Assembly: GCA_013265495.1 (NCBI GenBank)
Contig: MU057701.1
Coordinates: 868,001-932,000 of the forward strand
Source: Vicugna vicugna
Lineage: Eukaryota
Direction: 5' to 3'
DNA length: 64,000 bases
The notes beneath the pieces were generated by a model, which saw only the letters and a list, made by a program, of their open reading frames with translations, made no database searches and was not told the origin of the DNA. Made by a program: the position numbers and the translations under genes. Shown here piece by piece: positions 38,814-50,940 of the stretch. Position 1 is the stretch's first letter, and each line of letters starts with the position of its first letter.

Positions 38814-41089
38814 GTATGTACTTTAAAACGTATTTGGGGGAGGGAGAAAGTTTTTAAAGAAATTATCTAACAAGAATATCTCATTTATGAGATAATAGCA
38901 ATAAGACAGGGAAAGGTCTGCATTTAATGGGCAAAGTTAGTAATGGAAATAAGGTACAGAGAGATTTTAACTCGGCCAGCCGGTAGGTACTAAAGTTTAA
39001 TTAGGGAAAAATGTTTGAAGACTGACAGTGGAAGGGAATCTTTTAAATGAAACTCAACTTCACTTTTCACAAGACAAGTCAAACATAGTTGTTTTTGTGA
39101 TCTAACCTTCCCAAGTTACTGCCATGTGTTTGCTCTGAAAGTGAGGTATAATCACAGAATTGGATAATCACCAGCTTTCTGGAATGTTTGTATTTTATTT
39201 CTACAAGGTGATTCGTAAAAACATAAGACATAGGAAACATGCCTGTATATCACACAAGGTTCATTATAATGTGGAAATCTTCCTGATGTAATTTATTTGC
39301 GTGATTTGTTTTGAGGTTTTCTGTTGTTTTTGTGAGAAAAAGTAACCTCTGAGATTCCTTAAGAAATTTTTTTTTTTTAAACCCAGAAACAGTCTTAATT
39401 TAAAATTTTCTGGGCATTAAGCTTTGGGAATGAATCATAAGTACGTAGTGTTGGCAGTTGTAAGATCACGTAGTTTTATGTTGGGAAAGGATCTTAGAAA
39501 TTCTTATCTTTTATAGATGCATAATAATTTGCCTCTGGCCACAGAGGGACTGAGTTAGGAATAGTGCCTGGTTTTCCTAAATCCCAATCTACTACTTTAT
39601 CTCCTGTATCACATTTCACATATTTGTCCTTGCTTTGTCCTTTTTCATGTCCTTGTCTTTTTATCTTTTTGCCCTTACGATTGAAGAGGATGAAACATGA
39701 ACATTGAAAACATAAGCGTTCTGTGAGACATGCTCAGAAACCAAGAAGGGTCTTAGTTGCAGTTAGATTTTGCTAGGATCCTGAAGTTAATGACAAGTTC
39801 CCGAGCAGACTCCATTTCACTTTAGGCTTCATTTCTGTGTCTTTAATATGGTTCTAGTTTCTTTAAGTTAAAAATCATACTTTTTTTGTTTCCTTTATAT
39901 TAACTAGTTTTTTTTAATGAAAAAAGAATGTAAATGAGTACTCTCTATAAAGGAATTAATTAAATGACCAGTCATAGTTGGTTTGACCAAGTTTTTAATA
40001 ACTCATCTTTTGATTTGAAATAAAATATCATCACTCCATTACACATTCAATAGAGACAGCTGAAAAGTACAATTTCTCTGCAGGGCCTGCAATGAAGGAT
40101 TTGCAGAATCCTGCAGGGAATCAAGGAACTCTCCATTACAGTTCATGGATTTGTAGGATTACTCTGCACTTTTCTGCTTTCTTCATTGAGAGCGGTCCCA
40201 AAATGTATCCTTGACTGTCCTGCAGGTAACTTCTTTCCCACTGGAAAAGTTACTGTGTACAAATACTTTAAGTAGAGTGACCTGGCAGTTGTGGAGGCCG
40301 ACCTTTCTGCTCTTTCCTATTCTGAAATGGAAGGTAGGCTCTACTGGGAAGCACTCTTCTCTGAAGCAGGTCTGTTCACCTGTCGCCCAGGGCCCTTTTC
40401 TGCACGGCTGGGTTTCAGAAGCCTTGTATTGTTATGTTTCAATATGCACTGGGGGCACAGTTTTATCTGTTTAGTTAATTTGTCATTTTTTAATGGAAGG
40501 AAATACCTTCCTGTACGTTTTAAACAGATACTGCCTTCATATATATGCTAACGTCTTAATTTGCTGAAGTTGAGAGAAACATAATCTCTTCTGTCTAACG
40601 GAGGCATGGGCAAATACGTAAATTACTCTTGACTTAAAAATGCATTTAAAAAAATGTATTGCTGTAGAAACCATGCATGTGAAATGCATTTTTCTACTCA
40701 CTCTTGAATAAAATGTCTGATGCTTAGAGTAGGAGCTAAGAATGCCAAAGGCGCATGTTTGATCTTTATTAATTTAACGTTCAGGCTGGGCAGTATTGGA
40801 AAAGTGAAATTTGTCCCATCGACTCATCAGGGCCTCTTTTTCCCTCCCCTCTGTCCTCCCCCTCGCTCCCCTTCCCCCAGGCCCTGAGTCTGTGTTTCAT
40901 GATCAGTTGAACCAGTAGTTTTCTCCACAGTGCTGTCAAAAGGACCCTCCTAAAATGCAGATCTGTCCTGTGAATATTCTGACTGAGCTGTGGTGTTACC
41001 TGCTGCAGGACTGGGAGGGGGAAAGCATTGTCACCTGTAAACCACATCCACAAGAAGTACTGCCCTTTACAACCAGTGCAACGTGGGGT

Positions 41090-41510
41090 ACCTATCAGAG
41101 ATCTCCTGATAGACTGTCTTGGGTGCTCTTTAATCCTCCTGTTTGGTGCAGCTCATTCTGGCTTCTGCCTTCCTCTCCTGGGCCTGCTCTTGCTGCTCCT
41201 CCACATCCGTTCCCTCCAGCCATAGTACACCGGAGCTGGTTTCTCGGAAGAAGTGTCTGCTCTTGTACACCTTCCCCCGAAGCACATGTGTGTTCCTTGC
41301 CTTTGATCAGCTGCTCCCACATCCTTGTCCTTTGAGATTCCAGGGAAGCTCCAGTCCCCACCCCCAAACCAAATCAGATGCCCCTCCCTTGTGCTTTCCT
41401 CTGTGACAGCTCCTGCTGACTCAGGAAGGGATTATAATTCATCTCTGTGTCCCCAGCTCCTTTCACTTAGTTTTATTTGAGAAAACACTCAAGTATTTTT
41501 TGAATGAATA
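41090..41510 (+). mobile_element. L2 3'-end remnant
   Basis: Pyrimidine-rich L2-like body ending CACTCAAGTATTTTTTGAATGAAT. Confidence 0.5.
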
Positions 41511-42903
41511 GGCTGTAATGCATGAAGTGTGTTCCCCACCTGGTGTTACTTCCATCGTAAAATAGAGTTGCTTTAAAGTTGTTTGTGGAGAGTGATTGGA
41601 GGAAGAAGAAAGAGCATGAGAAGAAACTCTTTCCAAATAAATATTCATTTGTTTTCTCCCATGAGTCCAAAATTCCCTAGGCATTTCTGTAGGGTGTGGT
41701 CTGAAAGTGACAAACACTTTCCCTATCTCAGGACATCCCTGCAGTAATTAACATTTGCTGTCTAATTTAAGAACCATCTGTCCAAGTCAGAGGATTCACA
41801 GGGTGATAGCACAACGAAGAAAATAATGGTGTCACAGGTGGAGATGAGAAGTTAAGAAGTTGTGGCAACTTTTTGGCTGGAGCTTTTTCTTTCTCACATT
41901 GTTCATTTTTCTGACTTAACATTAAGAATAGAAAGCATTGCTTTCAAATACAAATTGTCTCAGATTTACCTTCTACTTCTGTTAGAGGAGGAAATTATTT
42001 TCATTTTATAAGTTTTCTTTACACTACAGTCAATTTATCGTATTCATTTAAGTGTGTGGAAATGTCAGCGAAGTGTTTAATTACACAAAGACCACTAATA
42101 GAGAATTGACAGCCTAGGGCTACTTTAAAATGTTCTGTGGGTAACTCAATTTTAAGACATTATATTCACTGCAGTTATAAATTCTTTTTGAAATGTGTTT
42201 TTAATATTTTAAAAGAATATCTAAAATGTTCAGTAACTTTCACACAATGCTTAGAAAAAACCTGAGCACACAGATTCCTTTGTCTCCTGATTAGTAACTA
42301 ACATAGTAATGTCCTTTTTTATTACTCACTGTCATTTTATTATTAATCATAGGATTCCAAAACTACTCTAATGTTGTTAAAGCATTATTAGTATTAGCAG
42401 TGTTCATCACCTGGTACTCTTGTAGAACCACCATTTGAATACAAAGTTTCTGTCTGTCTGGAAAGGTCTTACTGAATTTGTGAGGTCTTCCTGCTTTTAT
42501 TTTGCTTTTTGAGAAAATTTAAACATTTTCAGTTTGTTGCAGCAAAAATCAGTTAAGATTTTATCCTTCTTCAGAACTCTTATCACATTCAGTCACAATT
42601 ATTTATTTCTCCATATTTGCTCTTACTCATATTTTTTCTAACATTTTTGGAATTAGGCTAAATGTATCAAATCTTCATAAATTGCTGCCATATCAGTCTG
42701 ACAGTGAAACATGCTTGTTTTACCAATTTATATGGCATTTGAAGTGACTGCAGCCCTTTTTAAAATTGTTAGATGCATGTTATGCCTAGAAACAAGAGTT
42801 CTTTCATTACGGGATCCATAATAACCAGAGTGCTTACGAGACCGTATAATCATTATTGAAGTCGTAAAGAGAACAAGAAAGAATCCTTCAGTTTATTAAT
42901 AGA

Positions 42904-42909
42904 GTGTGC

Positions 42910-42953
<44 letters not shown>
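42904..42953 (+). repeat. (TG)n microsatellite, pure (TG)19 at 42915-42952
   Basis: Directly visible. Confidence 0.97.
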
Positions 42954-42955
<2 letters not shown>

Positions 42956-42990
42956 ATACATACATGATTCTTCTTGGGTTTTTCTTTCAG

Positions 42991-43115
42991 GTATAGGCTG
43001 CAGACTGTGAAGTCCTTAGCTGGAGTGAGCCTGATGTTGCGGTTACTGTGGGCAAGTCTGAGATGGGATGACATGGCGGCCAAGGCTCCTCCGGGAGGAG
43101 GGACCACACGGACAG
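42991..43115 (+). CDS. BPTF: BPTF exon, 125 nt (YRLQTVKSLAGVSLMLRLLWASLRWDDM...GTTRT), phase 2-1
   Basis: ttttctttcag|GTATAG acceptor, ACAG|gtgagg donor; inside ORF 42974..43165. Confidence 0.95.
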
Positions 43116-43666
43116 GTGAGGGGTTGTTAGTTTCTAATTTAAGTTTAAAAGAGAAAATCACTTAACAGTTCACTTCGTTTTAAGCATGTCTGTTATTTAT
43201 TGAAATATAATGCTAGTATTTAAAAAATACACCTTTGCTAAAGTTTGGCAGCACATGCTGTCAAATCCTGGAGGCCACATAGGGGTTTCAGCTTAAAAGG
43301 TGAGTCACTAATGTGAGAACCAGTGTGAATTTTTAAAAGATACTTCTTATCATAGAGTATAAATCATTTAAACTGGTACATCTGGGACTCTGTGCTTGCT
43401 GCTTCTCTCCTAGGGTTTTTATTATTTTGACTGAATTTTACCGCCAGGAACTGAGCTGCTCCCGAACAGCATTTTGCTCAGTTTACAAATTTTTTGTATG
43501 GAGGTATTGTTGCAGTCCAGCAGTGGTCCTGCAGTCATTCATTAAGCTAATGTCTCCAAAGTTTTATTCCATGTGTATCTCTTTTTTAAAGCACCAGATG
43601 CTGTACCTTTTTAGTCTCTGAACATTTTGGGTGGTTATTAATACTATGTGAATTAAATCATCATAG

Positions 43667-43795
43667 AAACATCTGAAACTGAAATCACAACAACTGAAAT
43701 AATTAAGAGGCGAGATGTTGGTCCTTATGGCATTCGATCTGAATATTGTATCAGGAAAATCATTTGCCCCATTGGAGTTCCAGAAGCACCAAAAG
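43667..43795 (+). CDS. BPTF: BPTF exon, 129 nt (ETSETEITTTEIIKRRDVGPYGIRSEYCIRKIICPIGVPEAPK), phase 1-1
   Basis: catcatag|AAACA acceptor (weak pyrimidine tract), AAAG|gtaaga donor; translated by hand. Confidence 0.93.
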
Positions 43796-44770
43796 GTAAG
43801 AACAGAAAGAATTCTTTTCTTTTATCATTCATCTGTTAGCCGTATCTTTCATGAATTGAAATTTGATTCTAATTATTTCCTTAACTTTTTGTTCAACTTT
43901 TGAAAAAATACTTTTTCATCACAAACTATTCTATTTTTTAAATGATAATTAACTGGTAAACGTAGCCAAGAGTCCACTAGGCACACAGCGTCAGAGGAGG
44001 GGTACAAAGAGCTGTTACAATACCTCTTGTGATTAAGGCGTGGAGCACTGGCTCACACCAGACCGTCAACCAAGACAGCGGGCTTTGAGTCTGTCTGGTT
44101 GTAGTCCTGGAACCGGCTGCAGAATCTGAGACGTAAGTGGTTAGTGAAGATTTGTTGACTCAAGGATTAAAGCTGCTGTTGTGTGAAGCTTTAGTGCTCA
44201 GGGTAGAAACAACCTAAGAGGCATAAAGAGTTACCCAGGGAACATTTATAGACACCTGCATGATAGATTCTGGGTGGCAAGTACATAGAAGAATGGGATC
44301 CAGCCCCTGTTCTTAAGAAAGCAAAGAAAAGGTATTATAATGCTATACTTGAGAGTCAAAACTGTTGTTAACACTGAAAAGAGTCCAGTAAGGGATCCAG
44401 ATTCAAGATATATAAATAAACAAAAATCAATTTTGTATATGCAATAAAAATACTTAGGAAAAAAATCTATTAAGAAATATATAAAAAGAAAATGCTGTCT
44501 ATAGATAGAAATTTACTCGCTTATAGAAGTTCATAGTCCCCAGAAGTAAAAATTTAATTTTCAAATCTTGATTGAATTAAGTCAGAAGTTCATCTTGAAG
44601 GACAAATGACTGGGAATGGCTTTTTTGAAGAGTGCCTGTCCTAGTAGATACGAAATATTAGTAAAATTAAAACAACCTTGGCCTGGGATAGGAGTAGACA
44701 CCTCAGCTGAGAGGCAGAGACATAGATGGAAGAAAGCAGTCCTGACCAGTCTTCAGTCTTGACCCTGCAG

Positions 44771-45385
44771 CCCTCACCGCACACCACCACAGACTCCTCA
44801 GCACAGTCTCCTCAGCGCACGCCGCCACAGTCTCCTCAGTGCAGTCTCCTCAGTGCACACCGCCGCAGTCTCCTCAGCGCACACAGTCTCCTCAGTGCAC
44901 ACCACCACAGTCTCCTCAGCGCGCAGTCTCCTCAGCGCGCAGTCTCCTCAGCGCACACCACCGCAGTCTCGTCAGCACACACCACCGCAGCCTCCTTAGC
45001 GCACACCACCGCAGTCTCCTCAGCGCGCAGTCTCCTTAGCGCACAGTCTCCTCAGCGCACACCACCACAGTCTCCTCAGCGCGCACAGTCTCCTCAGCAC
45101 ACACCACCACAGTCTCCTCAGCGCGCACAGTCTCCTCAGCGCACACAGTCTGCTCAGTTCACACCACCGCAGTCTCCTCAGCACACACTGCCGCAGTCTC
45201 CTCAGCGTGCACAGTCTCGATCAGTGCACACCGCCGCAGTCTCCTCAGCGCGCAATCTCCTCAGCGCACAGTCTCCTCAGCGCACACCACCGCAGTCTCC
45301 TTAGCGCACACCACCACAGTCTTCTCAGCGCACACAGCCTCTTTAGCGCACACAGCCTCCTCAGCGCACACCACCACAGTCTCCT
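44771..45385 (+). repeat. GC-rich minisatellite, ~615 bp, mixing 24-bp (CACACCACCGCAGTCTCCTCAGCG) and ~15-17-bp (CACAGTCTCCTCAGCG) units
   Basis: About 30 tandem copies of the core CAGTCTCCTCAGC are directly visible. Confidence 0.95.
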
Positions 45386-45839
45386 TTAATTACCCTTCTT
45401 GTAGCTCTTCATGCAGCCCAGGTCCTACTGCCGTTTCAGTTTCCTTCTGTTGCTTCCCTGTGATTCTCCTGCGTCCCTGTTTCCTGAACATATGGGGAGG
45501 TTTAGTGCTCGTCTCTCCCTACTTTTTATTTTTAAAATCTTGTCACTGGGAGATTATATCTATTCTTAATAGTCTCAGATCCCTCTTTTACATTGGGAAG
45601 TCTTCAGTCCCTCTTCTTGGTGCCGTGACAGGGAAATAGAGCTTGCCAGAGTTCTACATGGCAGGGGCCCCCGGCCCAACTGAGAGGAGCACGCCGTGCT
45701 GCTGGAAGAAAGCTGCGTGCGTGTTGCGGTCTGAAGGGTGGAGTGGGCGTCGGTCAGGTGACAGTAGAGGGCGGGGCAGGGCCCGGCAGTAGTGCTCTGG
45801 GCAGAGGAACGGGCTGTGTAAGGCTCAGAGGGCTTTTAT

Positions 45840-46057
45840 GTCAGGCCAACAAGCTGTGGCCCATGAGCCTTGACCCACCATCTGCCTTTGCTAATAAAGT
45901 TTGATTGGAACACAGCCGCACTTACTCACTTACATATTGTCTTCGGCTCCTTTTATGATACAAAGGCAAGTTAAGAAGTTGTAACAGAGACCATCTGTCC
46001 TGCAAAGTTTAAAGTATTTACCATCTGGCCCTTTAAGAAAACACTTGCCAATCCCTG
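45840..46057 (+). mobile_element. MER58-type hAT-Charlie MITE
   Basis: AATAAAGTTTGATTGGAACACAGCC...ATTTACCATCTGGCCCTTTAAGAAAA...TTGCCAATCCCTG resembles the MER58A consensus. Confidence 0.75.
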
Positions 46058-46139
46058 CTTTTCATAAGAGGAGATGCCAGAAGTACTATAATTTTAGAAG
46101 CTGTATTACTTAAAATACTCTGATTTTTCCCCCCCAAAG

Positions 46140-46290
46140 AAACACCTACTCCTCAGAGGAAAGGCCTTCGATCAAGTGCGTTGCGACCAAAGAGACCAGA
46201 AACGCCCAAGCAAACTGGCCCTGTTATTATCGAAACCTGGGTCGCAGAGGAAGAATTGGAATTATGGGAGATCAGGGCGTTTGCTGAGAG
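46140..46290 (+). CDS. BPTF: BPTF exon, 151 nt (ETPTPQRKGLRSSALRPKRPE...EIRAFAER), phase 1-2
   Basis: ttttcccccccaaag|AAACA acceptor, GAGAG|gtaagg donor; translated by hand. Confidence 0.94.
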
Positions 46291-46592
46291 GTAAGGAAAC
46301 AGCTAACGTGTGATCAGGTATTTGAAGATTCTCAGCACTTCCGAATTGAAGAATTACCCCTCTAATAGCTTATTCAGTACGTCCTAATTTTACTCCCACC
46401 TTTTTGCTACCTGTGCATTGTTTATTAAGGGTCCTGTTTTCTAATTTTTAACAGTTATTATCCACTTCTCAGTTTCTAATTATCTTAATTTGAATGTTTT
46501 ATTTTTACATCAAAATAATTTTATACTTTTTGCATGATTTGAAACTTAACCAGATTTCCCTTAATATTAGATTGCTGATGCCTGATGGGGTA

Positions 46593-47064
46593 CAGGCATA
46601 CTTATGCTATTGCACTTTGCTGACAACTGTGTTTTTTTATAACCTGAAGTTTTGTGGCATAGCTGCATTGAGCAAGTCTGTCGGTGCCATTTTCCCGACA
46701 GCATTTGCTCAGTTTGTGTTTCTGAATCACATTTTGGTAGTTCTCACAGTATTTCAGATTTTTTCGTTGTTATTATATTTGTTATGATGAACTGTGATCA
46801 GTGATCTTGGGTGTTACTGCTACAACTCACTGAAGGCTCAGATAATTGTTAGGGTTTTTTAGCAATAAAATATTTTTTAATAGAAGGATATACGTTATTT
46901 TTTTTAGACATGATGCTGTTGCACACTTAATAGACTACACTGTAGCCTAAACATAACTTTTATATGCACTGGGAAACCAAAAAATCAGTGACTCGCTTTA
47001 TTGTAATATTTGCTTTATTGCAGTAGTCTGGAACGAAACCCACAATATCTCTGTGATATTCCTA
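46593..47064 (+). mobile_element. Internally deleted Tigger1-type (TcMar) DNA transposon
   Basis: Starts TA|CAGGCATAC; contains GAGCAAGTCTGTCGGTGCCATTTTCC and GCACACTTAATAGACTACA...GGGAAACCAAAAAA typical of Tigger1 ends. Confidence 0.8.
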
Positions 47065-47100
47065 TGGTTTCTGATAAGTTCCTCTTTTTTTTCCCTACAG

Positions 47101-47224
47101 GGTGGAGAAAGAAAAGGCACAAGCAGTTGAGCAACAGGCTAAGGTTAGTGAACAGAAGAAGGCAGAGGACTTCAAGGCCCAAATGGAGGCTCACCTCAAA
47201 CAGCAGCGATTGGCTGCCCAGCAG
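47101..47224 (+). CDS. BPTF: BPTF exon with two donors: short form ends at 47143 (VEKEKAQAVEQQAK), long form at 47224 (adds VSEQKKAEDFKAQMEAHLKQQRLAAQQ)
   Basis: ttccctacag|GGTG acceptor; AAG|gttagt and CAG|gtgggg donors are both phase 0 and 81 nt apart. Confidence 0.88.
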
Positions 47225-48904
47225 GTGGGGGAGTTGGTACCAGTCCCCCCTGGCAATGAATTGACATCTTTAGCCAAAATCATGCACACTAAAAGCACAG
47301 TAATTGTATATTCCTATGGTTTTATTTTTAAATGTATCTCACATATATCTTAATTTTAGTACTTGAAAATAACTTGGGATATACCAAGCTGCGGTTTTGC
47401 AAAAAGTGTACGTATTAAAAGAACAATGTTTGAAATATGATTTCTCTTACTATTTTTCTAGTTCAGTGACTAGTTTCTAAAGATAATTTTTTCCTGCAAA
47501 ATTCTAATCCATAAACCTCTGTAGTGTGTGAAAAAGCCAATTGTACTAAAACTATAAGAGTTTGTTGTAATTCGTGATCATCAAACTGCTGTGGTTTCTT
47601 AATAATTCGATACTATGATATATCATGTGTGCCTGACTATTTAGGGACCCATAAGAGATAATTACTCCTTCATTCATTAAAAAGTTACTGTAAAAGTTTT
47701 TAGCCAAACTTGCATATATGTATATAAATTTTCAGGATATAAATAAAATAGAAATAGATAAAATAGATATCATTAACTTAGTTATACATAACTGCTTAAA
47801 AATTAGATATTATATAAATAAATCAAACTCATCATTGCAAACGTCCTTTTTTCCCTCACATTGTATGAAATATTTTTTCAAGTTCTTATATATCTTTTAC
47901 AGTGGTCCACTATAGGGGATTGTCTTGATTTAATCAAAATTTGATATAACAGCCTTTTCGAGTTTAGTCACGTCTGTCTGTCTATTCATAGAAAGACTGG
48001 CCAGCTGTTTTTCAATTTGTGGATGTGGTTTGTCATTCCACAAAGTAACCTAAGGTTTTACTTTGCAGGGGAGAGGGGAAGGGTGGTCAGTTTCTTTAAG
48101 CTGATAATGAGCTTTTTCTCTGGCAGCTGAAAGTCAGGACCTGAACTTGGTGCATTAACCCTCTAAGTCCCCCTAGAGCGTTATGTTCTCTGCTTTTCCG
48201 ATGTGTGTCAGTTTCTGAGGTGATGGCCATACGTCCTGGATGTAGCCTGATTCGTTAGAAGCAGGATATGCCTAATTTATACATTACTTCACAATTTTTG
48301 TTTTTAATGACACAAGTCAATCTTCATTTTAATATGCTTTCCAAATTTAGCAATGAAGATGATCAAAACTTTTTTTTCTGGCACAAAATTTGAGAAATAA
48401 TGACAGCTAGAGTGTAATGACCAACTTGCCTTTTTGAACTTGTGCACAAACCCAGCAGATCCTGTTTAAATGCCAAATCTGTGATTTGGTTTTTCCCCCT
48501 TATATTTTTTATTATTTAAAAAAACTTTTATACAGTTTTTAAAAGTTACTAAACTCCATTTAGTTATTACAAAATATTGGTTCCATTCCCCATGTAACCC
48601 ATTTAAATTTCTTTAAAAAGCTTACTTACAAAGGTAGTTATTTCCAATTTTTGAAGGCATATCCCCAGAAAATAACTACTAAATATGTGTTTAGTTTTCT
48701 TCCTGCCTTTTTTCTTTTAACTGACTCAATCAGTTGGTATTTCTAAGTATTCAAAACTAAACTCCTATTCTTCTGAGGAATGAGAAATTATGTAAAATAC
48801 TTCACACTATTTTCAGGCATAGGGAACATGTACAAAAGTAACAATAAAAAGACTGGGTGTGTGATGTCTTTGGTGAGCAGTTTCCGACGGCAAGAAATAG
48901 TTCA

Positions 48905-49110
48905 GCATTGGAATTTGATCTTCGTGTACATCTCAGCTCCACCATTTACTGCCTCTATGGCCTTGGGCCTCTTACACAGCCTTTCCGGGTCTCAGTTTCC
49001 TCGTCTTTAAATCACAGTACCAGCAACTTCCTTGGGTTGGTCCGAGCATAATAATGAAGGTGAAGCATCTACCACCAGGTTTGCAGACAGTGCTACCTAT
49101 AGTTTTTACG
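48905..49110 (+). mobile_element. MIR remnant (similar cores near 18790-18900, 62000-62200 and 62640-62830)
   Basis: CTCAGCTCCACCATTTACT...CCTTGGGC...TCTCAGTTTCCTCGTCTTTAAA is the MIR core motif. Confidence 0.65.
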
Positions 49111-49807
49111 TGTGTAAACTTAAACCGTCACGTTGATAAGCTGTCAGGAAAAGGTGGCAAACTATGGGAGAAGATACATAAATTGTCTTTGATAACCTCG
49201 TAGTCTGAAAGATCAGATGTTACTACTCTGTATAAAATAATCTGAAGGATTTTTCTGTAAAAATGTTTGAACTGAAAAACCCAAGTCTAGAAAAGCTATT
49301 TATAATTTTTAGCTTGGTTGATTGCAGGTTTTTGTCAGTTTGGAATAGTGATATTTAAATGCTGACGTGTTCTTTATGATTGGATGGATTAACATTATGG
49401 TAAGACAGAATCCTTTTACAGGTGCCATCATTGCTGTCTGTTCTAAACCCAACTGCTGAATAGCAAGGTGTCCTTGTCTCCTGTAAGATCACCCATGTCT
49501 CTTATATTTTCAGTCTGAAAGTTTAGACCTTTGCACAGACTGGAAAAACTTGATCATTTCAAAATTTTTGATACGAAAAACTTACTACTTTGAATAAAAT
49601 ATATGTGATTTAAAAGTCAAAAAAGTACTGCCTTCATCAGGAAATTAAATCAAATGTAAATATATATGGGCGTGTTTTCAGAGTAAAATACTTTAGAATT
49701 TTGGTGCAGTTTCTTGGATTGGGAGGAATTGTGGCTGGACTTCCTGCAGAGTGATATTTTTATTTAGAATGATTTTGGTTCATGATTTCTCTCCCTGACT
49801 TTTCTAG

Positions 49808-50054
49808 AAACGATTGGAACAACAGAAGCCTACAGTCATTGCAGCTTCCACTACTTCCCCAACAAGCAGTACAACTAGTACCATCTCTCCAGCACAGAAA
49901 GTTATGGTAGCCCCCATAAGTGGCTCAGTTACAACTGGAACTAAAATGGTACTAACTACTAAAGTTGGATCTCCAGCTACAGTAACATTCCAGCAGAACA
50001 AGAACTTCCATCAGACCTTTGCTACCTGGGTTAAGCAAGGCCAGTCAAATTCAG
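49808..50054 (+). CDS. BPTF: BPTF exon, 247 nt (KRLEQQKPTV...QGQSNS), phase 0-1
   Basis: ctgacttttctag|AAACG acceptor, TCAG|gtacac donor; overlaps ORF 49814..50068. Confidence 0.94.
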
Positions 50055-50410
50055 GTACACGACTGTGAATAAATAAAAGATGGCTTTCATTCAAGAAAAA
50101 GAAATTTCAGTCCTTTACCTACTGAAATGAAATGTTTCTTTAGAAAACTGTTTTTCTTCTGCAGCTGATTGAACAAACTGTAACAGTTGGTTTGTTACAG
50201 ATATTATTCATAATATTACATCAGTGAAGCTCCTCTCTTACATTATTTCACTTTCAACATTTACATAGTTCACTTACGTTGAGTGGAGAGGAATGTTTTT
50301 CTTAAAAATACAAAATGAGCCACATTTCATGCATTGGTGCCTTCCTAGAAGTCACTACGTTGCTGGTTATTTTAAATCTAAAGCTTATTAAATGTCTTAT
50401 ACCCCATTAG

Positions 50411-50572
50411 CCACCAGCACAGCTGCCACATCTGCTACAACCATTGCCAGCACAGGTCAGACGTTCCAAATTACAGGCAATCCAGTCACTATGGCAGGAA
50501 AAGTAATTACCAAACTGCCACTTCCTGCAAACAGCAAGATTGTCGCTGTAAATGTGCCAGCAACGCAAGGAG
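50411..50572 (+). CDS. BPTF: BPTF probable cassette exon, 162 nt (ATSTAATSATT...VPATQG), phase 1-1
   Basis: ccccattag|CCACC acceptor, GGAG|gtaagg donor; inside ORF 50392..50682; T/A/V-rich composition like neighbouring exons. Confidence 0.85.
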
Positions 50573-50788
50573 GTAAGGGAAATGTGAAGAGTTTTAATTC
50601 ACATTTGCCAGATCATACTGTCGCCATTATTTTTCATTTCCTTTTCACTGATTTCAGCCCTTGGATCTCACATTTTATGTAGCCCACTATAAACCCCCGC
50701 CACACCTAGTTTCTCCTCAGAAACCAAGCACCACCTGATGCTTTCATTAAAGGGGCCGTTGTTAATTACTTCTTCATCTTCTTTGAAG

Positions 50789-50940
50789 GCGTTGTTCAAG
50801 TGCAGCAGAAAGTCCTGGGTATCATTCCATCGAGTACAGGTACAAGTCAGCAAACTTTTACTTCATTCCAGCCCAGGACGGCGACGGTCACAATTAGGCC
50901 CAACACCCCGGGCTCTGGAGGAACAGCAGGCACTTCACAA
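50789..50940 (+). CDS. BPTF: BPTF exon, 152 nt (GVVQVQQKVLG...AGTSQ), phase 1-0
   Basis: cttctttgaag|GCGTT acceptor, CAA|gtaaga donor. Confidence 0.93.

Noticed and set aside
44771..45385. CRISPR-like repeat array
   Set aside because: No unique spacers and no cas genes; it is a tandem minisatellite in a mammalian intron
50721..50788. Alternative upstream acceptor TTTCTCCTCAG for exon 50789
   Set aside because: Adds 68 nt and shifts the frame; nothing in the sequence supports its use
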